A stretch of DNA of 64,000 bases, taken from NCBI GenBank assembly GCA_963604715.1, contig CAVCSV010000005.1, positions 1,516 to 65,515 of the forward strand, in the 5' to 3' direction. Made by a program: the position numbers and the translations under genes. Positions 57,941 to 64,000 of this stretch are shown one piece after another; position 1 is the stretch's first letter, and every line of letters starts with the position of its first letter. The notes beneath the pieces were generated by a model that did not search any database, was not told the origin of the DNA, and worked only from the letters and a program-made list of their open reading frames with translations. This DNA is from Limosilactobacillus gorillae (GTDB lineage Bacteria; Pseudomonadota; Alphaproteobacteria; CAAGCB01; CAG-977).

Positions 57941-60571
57941 TTAAAATACGCTGCCGATTTCAGGCATGTTGTCGTCGATTTCCTCGATTTGATTGATGCG
58001 GCTTTGCACCCGCTCGGCTTTGTCCGCCGTTTCCTCGTTCGCCGAATCGTCGTTTTTGCGCGCGTCGTCCGATCCGTCCAAAGTGCCTTTGATTTTGCCG
58101 CGCCAATCTTCGCCGATTTTGAACGCTTCCAAAACGACGTCGCGGTCTTTGGGCGATGCGGGTCTGCCTGTTTTATGGTTGACGCGCACCAAACGGATGC
58201 CCGCGGGAACACGGAACGGAATGCGGGGTTCATCCTTTAACGCCGTGTCGACGAACTGCTTGAAAATCGGGGAGGCGACCGTGCCGCCCAAGTCGTGCTT
58301 GCCCAGCGTGCGCGGGTCGTCGAAGCCGACGAAAACCACCATGACAAGGTCGGGGGTAACGCCGACGAACCAAGCGTCCAGCGAATTGTTCGACGTTCCC
58401 GTTTTCGCCGCGAACGTCCGTCCCAGACGGCGCAGGTTCGACGCGCTGCCCCCCGGCGCCAGAACGCCCGTCATGATATTGATGATTTGGTACGCGCTGC
58501 GCGGGTCCTCGATTTGTTCGCGGATGTCGGGGATTTTCGGCGCGGGCTGTCCGTCCCACATTGTGTCGCGGCAGTTTTCGCACGGACGCGTGTCCGAATT
58601 GTACACCGTCGCTCCCGTTCTGTCCTGAATGCGGTCGATTAAAACGGGTTCGATTTTCTTGCCCCCATTGACCAGCATGCCGAACGCCGTCGCCAAGCGC
58701 AGAACCGTCGTTTCGCCCGAACCGATGGCAACCGACATCTGCGGCGGCAAATCGTCCGAAATGCCGAACTTTTTGGCATATTCGACCACTTTGTCGATGC
58801 CGATGGCGCGGGCAAGACGAATCGTAATCAGGTTGCGGGATTTTTCAATCCCCATGCGCAAAGTCGTCGGACCGTAAAAGCGTTTGGACACGTTTTTCGG
58901 TTTCCATTTGCCCATGCCGTTGCCCTGTTCCATGACGAACGGCGCGTCCAAAACCAGCGTCGACGGCGTAAAGCCTTCGTCCAAAGCCGCCAGATACACG
59001 AACGGCTTGAAGCTTGACCCCGGCTGACGTTTCGCCTGCACGGCGCGGTTGAACTGCGATCGTTTGAACGAAAATCCGCCGACCATTGCCAAAACGCGCC
59101 CCGTGTGCGGGTCAAGGACGACCATCGCGCCTTCGACTTCGGGGATTTGGCGCAAAGTGTAAGTGTTGTCGGGATACGGCACGCGTTTTGCGCCGAATTT
59201 GACGGGTTCGACCCAAATCACGTCCCCCGCTTTCAAAACCTCGGACGGCGCATTGATTTCGGGACCCAATGTCTGGTCGGGCATGTTTTTGCGCGCCCAT
59301 TTCAGTTCCGCCAAAGGAATCGTTCCCGTCGTTTTGTCGGTCAGTCCGATTTCGGCGGCTTCATGGGTGACGTTTGTCACAACCGCCGTTTTCCACGTTT
59401 CGGGAACGTAAGACACGGCGGGAACGGCTTTCAGCGGTTCCAGCCATTTCGGGTCGGGCTGCGGGATTTCTTCGGCGATGTCCGATTCCGCGCTTTCCGC
59501 TTCATCCGCGGCGGTTTCGTCCGTCGCAGTTTCCTCGACCGCGGGCTGTTCGACGGGTTCGGGATCGGGAATCGCATCCAAATCGATGTGCGCAATCGGC
59601 GCGCGGAATCCGTGACGGCGGTCGTAGTTCAGCAATCCTTGGCGAAGCGCGTCGGACGCGTATTTCTGTTTTTCGGGGTCAAGCGTCGTTCTGACCGCCA
59701 AACCGCCCTTGTACAAAATGTCTTCGCCGTACTTGGAAACCAAGTCGCGGCGGATTTCTTCGGCAAAGTATTCCCCGTCAACGGCGGTTTCGCCGCTTGC
59801 CCGTTTGGCAAGGGTAATCGGTTCCTGCGCGGCGTTTGTCGCTTCTTCTTCGGAAATGTAGCCGTCTTCCGCCATACGGGACAGCACCCAGTTGCGGCGC
59901 GCGACGGCTTCGTCGTAACGCTTGTCGGGGTCGTAGTTGTTCGGTCCTTTGGGCAAAGCCGCCAGAAAAGCGTCCTCCGCAACCGTCAGTTCGTCCAAGG
60001 ATTTGTTGAAATAGTTAAGTGCCGCCGCCGCGACGCCGTAGGAATAATGCCCCAGATAAATCTGGTTCAAATACAATTCCATAATGTATTCTTTGGTAAA
60101 CGCGCGTTCGATGCGGATGGCAAGAATGGCTTCCTTGATTTTGCGTTCGAAAGACGCTTCGTTGGTCAGCAGAAAGTTCTTGGCGACCTGCTGGGTAATG
60201 GTCGACGCGCCAATCATGCGCCGTCCGCGTCCGATGTTGCGGATGTTTTGGAAAACCGCGCGGGTGATGCCCATGAAATCCACGCCGCCGTGGCTGAAAA
60301 ACTTTTTGTCTTCGGCGGAAATAAAGGCGTGAATCAGCTGTTTCGGAATCGCTTCGTAAGGGACGAAGACGCGTTTTTCGGACGCGTATTCCGCCAGCAG
60401 CTTGCCGTCCGCGGCGTACAGGCGGCTGGTAATCGGCGGTTCGTACGTCGCCAGCTGGCGATAGTCGTCAACGCTTCTGCCGTAATGGGAAAAAATCAGC
60501 AGCAAAGCGATAAGCCCCATAATCGCCGCCAGCATGGCGTAGCTGAGCAAAGTTGAAAAAATCTTGGACAT
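57941..60571 (-). CDS. mrcA: penicillin-binding protein 1A (bifunctional glycosyltransferase/transpeptidase)
   Basis: N-terminal TM helix, GT51 motifs (EDKKFFSHGGVD, RAFTKEYIMELYLNQIYLG), transpeptidase SxxK/SxN/KTG motifs. Confidence 0.9.
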   Translation of the reverse strand: MSKIFSTLLSYAMLAAIMGLIALLLIFSHYGRSVDDYRQLATYEPPITSRLYAADGKLLAEYASEKRVFVPYEAIPKQLIHAFISAEDKKFFSHGGVDFMGITRAVFQNIRNIGRGRRMIGASTITQQVAKNFLLTNEASFERKIKEAILAIRIERAFTKEYIMELYLNQIYLGHYSYGVAAAALNYFNKSLDELTVAEDAFLAALPKGPNNYDPDKRYDEAVARRNWVLSRMAEDGYISEEEATNAAQEPITLAKRASGETAVDGEYFAEEIRRDLVSKYGEDILYKGGLAVRTTLDPEKQKYASDALRQGLLNYDRRHGFRAPIAHIDLDAIPDPEPVEQPAVEETATDETAADEAESAESDIAEEIPQPDPKWLEPLKAVPAVSYVPETWKTAVVTNVTHEAAEIGLTDKTTGTIPLAELKWARKNMPDQTLGPEINAPSEVLKAGDVIWVEPVKFGAKRVPYPDNTYTLRQIPEVEGAMVVLDPHTGRVLAMVGGFSFKRSQFNRAVQAKRQPGSSFKPFVYLAALDEGFTPSTLVLDAPFVMEQGNGMGKWKPKNVSKRFYGPTTLRMGIEKSRNLITIRLARAIGIDKVVEYAKKFGISDDLPPQMSVAIGSGETTVLRLATAFGMLVNGGKKIEPVLIDRIQDRTGATVYNSDTRPCENCRDTMWDGQPAPKIPDIREQIEDPRSAYQIINIMTGVLAPGGSASNLRRLGRTFAAKTGTSNNSLDAWFVGVTPDLVMVVFVGFDDPRTLGKHDLGGTVASPIFKQFVDTALKDEPRIPFRVPAGIRLVRVNHKTGRPASPKDRDVVLEAFKIGEDWRGKIKGTLDGSDDARKNDDSANEETADKAERVQSRINQIEEIDDNMPEIGSVF

Positions 60572-60584
60572 ATCGCATTACCCT

Positions 60585-61829
60585 TTAATTAAAATTTGCC
60601 TTGTGCTTTTCGGCAAAGTAGTCGTCAATCGCGCGGACGGTCGCTTTCGCCAGTTTTTCACGATACGGCGCCTGACGCAACAGTCTTTCCTCTTCCGCGT
60701 TGGAAAGGTAGCCCATTTCGATTAAAACGGACGGCACGTCGGGCGATTTCAGCACCGCAAACCCCGCGAAACGGTGGGAATTCGGCAGCACTTTGATTTC
60801 CTTGCGGATTTCACCCATCAGCTTTTCGGCGAAAAACGACGAACGGTTGTTGGTTTCGCGCCGCGCCAAATCAATCAGAATGTCTGTTACTTCCTGCGTT
60901 TCGTTTGATAAATCGATTCCCGCTATCAAGTCAACCTTGTTTTCCTTTTCCGCCAGTTTTTCAGCCTCTTTGTCGGACGCTTTTTCGGACAGGGTGTAAA
61001 CGGACAGCCCGCGGGTTTGCGGCTTTTTGATACTGTCCGCGTGAATCGAGATGAACAAATCCGCGTTGACGGAGCGCGCAAAACGCCGCCTGTCGTACAA
61101 AGCGATGAAAATGTCGGTTTCGCGGGTCAGCTTCACGCGGTAGCGCCCCGTCTTTTCCAGCAAAGCGCGCAGCTGCTTGACCATGGCAAGGGTCAGATGC
61201 TTTTCGTACACGCCCGAAACGCCGATGGCGCCGGGGTCTTTGCCGCCGTGTCCGGGGTCAAGCACGATAAGCGGCTTGACTTTGGGCTGTTCGGCGGGTT
61301 TCACGGCGGGCTTTTGCTCCGCAACGGAGTTGTCGTACCATTCGGCAGTGACCTGCTTCAAGGGCTGGGACCGTCCCAACAGTTCCAAATCGACGACCAG
61401 CCGCCATTTGAAGCCGCTTTGCGGAGCAAGGACGAACGATTTTTTGATTACGGTTTCCCGCGCCGTTTCCAAAACGATGCGCGCCGCATTGCCGTTTTTG
61501 CCGAAACGCACATTTTTTAAATAAGCAGGCAGAGCGCCGACGCTTTTTTCCGAAATGCCGTTTGTCGTGTCGGACAAATCGATGACGACGCGGGACGGGT
61601 TTTGCAGGGGAAAGATTTTAAAATCCGCCTTTTCGGACAAATCGATGACGATGCGCGCGGCGGATTCGCCCTGATTGCCGAATCGGACGCCCGTCGTCCG
61701 CCCCGCCAGACAAGGCGCGCAAAAACTCAGGAAAACAAATGTTCCCAGAGCCATAATCCGCGTTAATTTTTGTATCCAGACCGTCATGCCGATTCGTGTT
61801 TTTTCAAAAAATATAGCATACCCTAACAA
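60585..61829 (-). CDS. amiC: N-acetylmuramoyl-L-alanine amidase, AmiC-like (two AMIN domains plus Amidase_3)
   Basis: AMIN-like repeats (VRFG...RIVIDL; VRFGKNGNAARIVLE) and Amidase_3 catalytic block (LDPGHGG.DPGA, ISIHADS). Confidence 0.85.
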   Translation of the reverse strand: MLGYAIFFEKTRIGMTVWIQKLTRIMALGTFVFLSFCAPCLAGRTTGVRFGNQGESAARIVIDLSEKADFKIFPLQNPSRVVIDLSDTTNGISEKSVGALPAYLKNVRFGKNGNAARIVLETARETVIKKSFVLAPQSGFKWRLVVDLELLGRSQPLKQVTAEWYDNSVAEQKPAVKPAEQPKVKPLIVLDPGHGGKDPGAIGVSGVYEKHLTLAMVKQLRALLEKTGRYRVKLTRETDIFIALYDRRRFARSVNADLFISIHADSIKKPQTRGLSVYTLSEKASDKEAEKLAEKENKVDLIAGIDLSNETQEVTDILIDLARRETNNRSSFFAEKLMGEIRKEIKVLPNSHRFAGFAVLKSPDVPSVLIEMGYLSNAEEERLLRQAPYREKLAKATVRAIDDYFAEKHKANFN

Positions 61830-62128
61830 AATATGATTGTTCTTTGGTTAAGAGATGGTTATTCTATCAGCGCTGAAAGTCAATTTTTTTATTGCGCCTC
61901 CTGCGGCAACAGGGCTGTACGGCACGGCGGCGAAACGATAAAAGCAGCGTTTTAAACAGTTTTTTCGGGAAACCGAAGCGCGTCGGAAGGGATTTTTTAA
62001 AGTGCGTCAGTTTTCAAATTCGGATTTGAAACATACGATTGCCCCGCTTTTTGCGCTCGGGTTGACCGACTTGGCACCCATTATGTCGGCGGACATGCTT
62101 TACGCCGACGCTCGGAGAATTAACTTTA

Positions 62129-64000
62129 ATGACAAAGAAAATGCTAATAGACGCGACCCATGTCGAAGAAACGCGGGTCGTTATCGTGGACGGTACGAAG
62201 CTTGACGAACTGGACATCGAAACTTCGACCAAAAAACAGCTGAAAGGCAACATCTATCTGGCGAAAGTCGCGCGCGTCGAACCGTCGTTGCAGGCGGCTT
62301 TCGTGGATTACGGCGGCAACCGCCACGGCTTTTTGGCGTTCAACGAAATCCACCCCGACTATTATCAAATCCCCGTCGCCGACCGCGAAGCGCTGAAAGA
62401 AGCGCTGATGCAGGAAGACAAGGACGACGACCGTGAAGACGAACACGAATCGGCGGAAAACGAAGAATCCGACGAACGCGTCGTTGAAACCGTCAGCGAA
62501 AACGAAGCCGACGAAGTCGCCGCCCGCCGCTTCAAACAAATCAAAAAATACAAGATTCAAGAGGTCATCCACCGCGGACAGGTTTTGCTGGTGCAGGTGA
62601 TTAAGGAAGAACGCGGCAACAAAGGCGCGGCTTTGACGACGTATCTGTCTTTGGCGGGACGCTATTGCGTTTTGATGCCGAACAACGCGCGCGGCGGCGG
62701 CGTTTCGCGCAAAATCACCAACGCGGCGGACAGAAAACGGCTGAAAGGCATTGTTTCGAAACTGCCTTTGCCGACGGGCATGTCCGTCATCGTCCGCACG
62801 GCGGGCAAGGAACGCACCAGCTTGGAAATCAAGCGCGACTACGATTACTTGATTAAAACGTGGGTGCAGATTCGCGATACGACGATGGAATCGTCCGCTC
62901 CCGCTTTGATTCACGAAGAGGGCAATCTGATTAAGCGCGCCCTGCGCGACATGTACACCCGCGACATCGAAGAAATCCTCATCGAGGGCGAAGCCGAATA
63001 CAAAATGGCGCGCGACTTTATGAAAATGCTGACCCCCAGCCACGCCAAAAAGGTCAAGCTGTACAAGGATGAAACAATCCCCCTGTTTTTCCGCTATCAG
63101 GTCGAATCCCAGCTGGAAGCGTTGCACAGCAACATCGTTCAGCTGAAATCGGGGGCGTATCTGGTTATGGACCAGACCGAAGCTTTGGTGGCGATTGACG
63201 TGAACTCGGGTCGCGCGACCAAAGAACGCAACATCGAGGAAACCGCGCTGAAAACCAATCTGGAAGCCGCAGACGAAATCGCGCGCCAGCTGCGTTTGCG
63301 CGATATGGCGGGGCTGGTCGTCATCGACTTTATCGATATGGAGGAAGCCCGCAACAACCACGCTATCGAACGCCGCATGAAAGAAGCGCTGAAACGCGAC
63401 CGCGCGCGCGTTCAAATGGGACGCATTACGGGATTCGGACTGATGGAGCTGTCGCGTCAGCGCCTGCATTCCAGCTTTATCGAAACCAGCTATTCGGTTT
63501 GCCCGCACTGCCGCGGCAAAGGCATGATTCGTTCGACCCAATCCGCGTCGATTCACACGCTCCATGTGTTGGAGGAAGAAAGCATGAAGCTGCGTTTCAG
63601 CGAACTGCACATGACGGTTCCGCCCGAAACGGCTTTGTATGTTTTGAACTACAAACGGCGTGATTTGAACGCGATTGAAACGATGTACAACGTCAAAATC
63701 TTTTTGGAAGCGGATGCGTCTTTGGTGTTCCCGACAGACTACCGCATGGAACGCGTCGTGCGCGAGGAAGACGTTGCCGCCGCCGTTGCGGAAACCGCCG
63801 TTGAGCAATCGGACGAACAAACGGAAAAGGCGGACAAAAAAGACCGCCGCAACCGCCGCGGACGCAACCGCCGCGACCGTCAACCTGTCGTCGAAATGCC
63901 CGAACAGCCCGAAGAACCGCAGGATGACGCCATTATCAAAGAAGACGTTATTGCCGAGGAAGACTATACGGGCGAAGACGTCATCAAAGCCGACGAGGTG
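62129..64000 (+). CDS. rne: ribonuclease E, 5' partial (continues beyond the window), alpha-proteobacterial type with acidic insertion in the S1 domain
   Basis: MTKKMLIDATHVEETRVVIVDG, GNIYLAKVARVEPSLQAAFVDYG, then the DNase I-like and Zn-link (CPHCRGKG) regions; not in the ORF track because there is no stop within the window. Confidence 0.9.
   Translation, partial: MTKKMLIDATHVEETRVVIVDGTKLDELDIETSTKKQLKGNIYLAKVARVEPSLQAAFVDYGGNRHGFLAFNEIHPDYYQIPVADREALKEALMQEDKDDDREDEHESAENEESDERVVETVSENEADEVAARRFKQIKKYKIQEVIHRGQVLLVQVIKEERGNKGAALTTYLSLAGRYCVLMPNNARGGGVSRKITNAADRKRLKGIVSKLPLPTGMSVIVRTAGKERTSLEIKRDYDYLIKTWVQIRDTTMESSAPALIHEEGNLIKRALRDMYTRDIEEILIEGEAEYKMARDFMKMLTPSHAKKVKLYKDETIPLFFRYQVESQLEALHSNIVQLKSGAYLVMDQTEALVAIDVNSGRATKERNIEETALKTNLEAADEIARQLRLRDMAGLVVIDFIDMEEARNNHAIERRMKEALKRDRARVQMGRITGFGLMELSRQRLHSSFIETSYSVCPHCRGKGMIRSTQSASIHTLHVLEEESMKLRFSELHMTVPPETALYVLNYKRRDLNAIETMYNVKIFLEADASLVFPTDYRMERVVREEDVAAAVAETAVEQSDEQTEKADKKDRRNRRGRNRRDRQPVVEMPEQPEEPQDDAIIKEDVIAEEDYTGEDVIKADEV

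Noticed and set aside
1-64000. CRISPR arrays, tRNA/rRNA genes, integrases, transposases, restriction-modification or toxin-antitoxin pairs other than the HNH pair
   Set aside because: No regularly spaced short direct repeats, no tRNA-like cloverleaf signatures in the intergenic gaps, and no ORF with recombinase or transposase motifs were seen by eye. Absence cannot be proven without tools

Overview
This 64 kb window is chromosomal DNA from an alphaproteobacterium. The evidence is an unmistakable CtrA cell-cycle regulator, an alpha-type RNase E with an insertion in the S1 domain, RpoH, and a type-2 isoleucyl-tRNA synthetase. I estimate GC content by eye at about 55%, and codon usage favours GCG, CCG, AAA, GAA and TTG.

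The flanks hold housekeeping genes:
- ctrA, fliI and fliJ.
- rpoH and ileS.
- iscX, an RNase J-like hydrolase, gap and pgk.
- uup, prfB (with its programmed +1 frameshift), mrcA, amiC and the start of rne.

Between them lie blocks that look accessory:
- An 847-aa cysteine-rich repeat protein whose signal peptide is uncoupled from the body by an 11-G homopolymer (candidate phase variation, currently OFF).
- A classical autotransporter.
- A roughly 21 kb divergently organised region (about 19.9 to 41.2 kb) containing a VirD4 coupling protein. VirD4 is followed immediately by a proline-repeat protein with a C-terminal colicin-type HNH DNase motif and a translationally coupled candidate immunity gene.
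- In the same region, two paralogous membrane proteins with a NERD-like domain, a histone-like basic protein, three tandem VirB6/TrbL paralogs, a dual-HTH CI-like regulator, a 1270-aa protein with novel 22-aa and YYLDENG repeats, and an orphan lipoprotein secretin.
- A 1434-aa MORN-variant repeat protein with a polyvalent-protein-like C-terminus, coupled to a coiled-coil partner.

I found no rRNA, tRNA, CRISPR array, integrase or transposase. All calls come from reading the sequence and the ORF track, and from remembered family motifs. No database searches were run.
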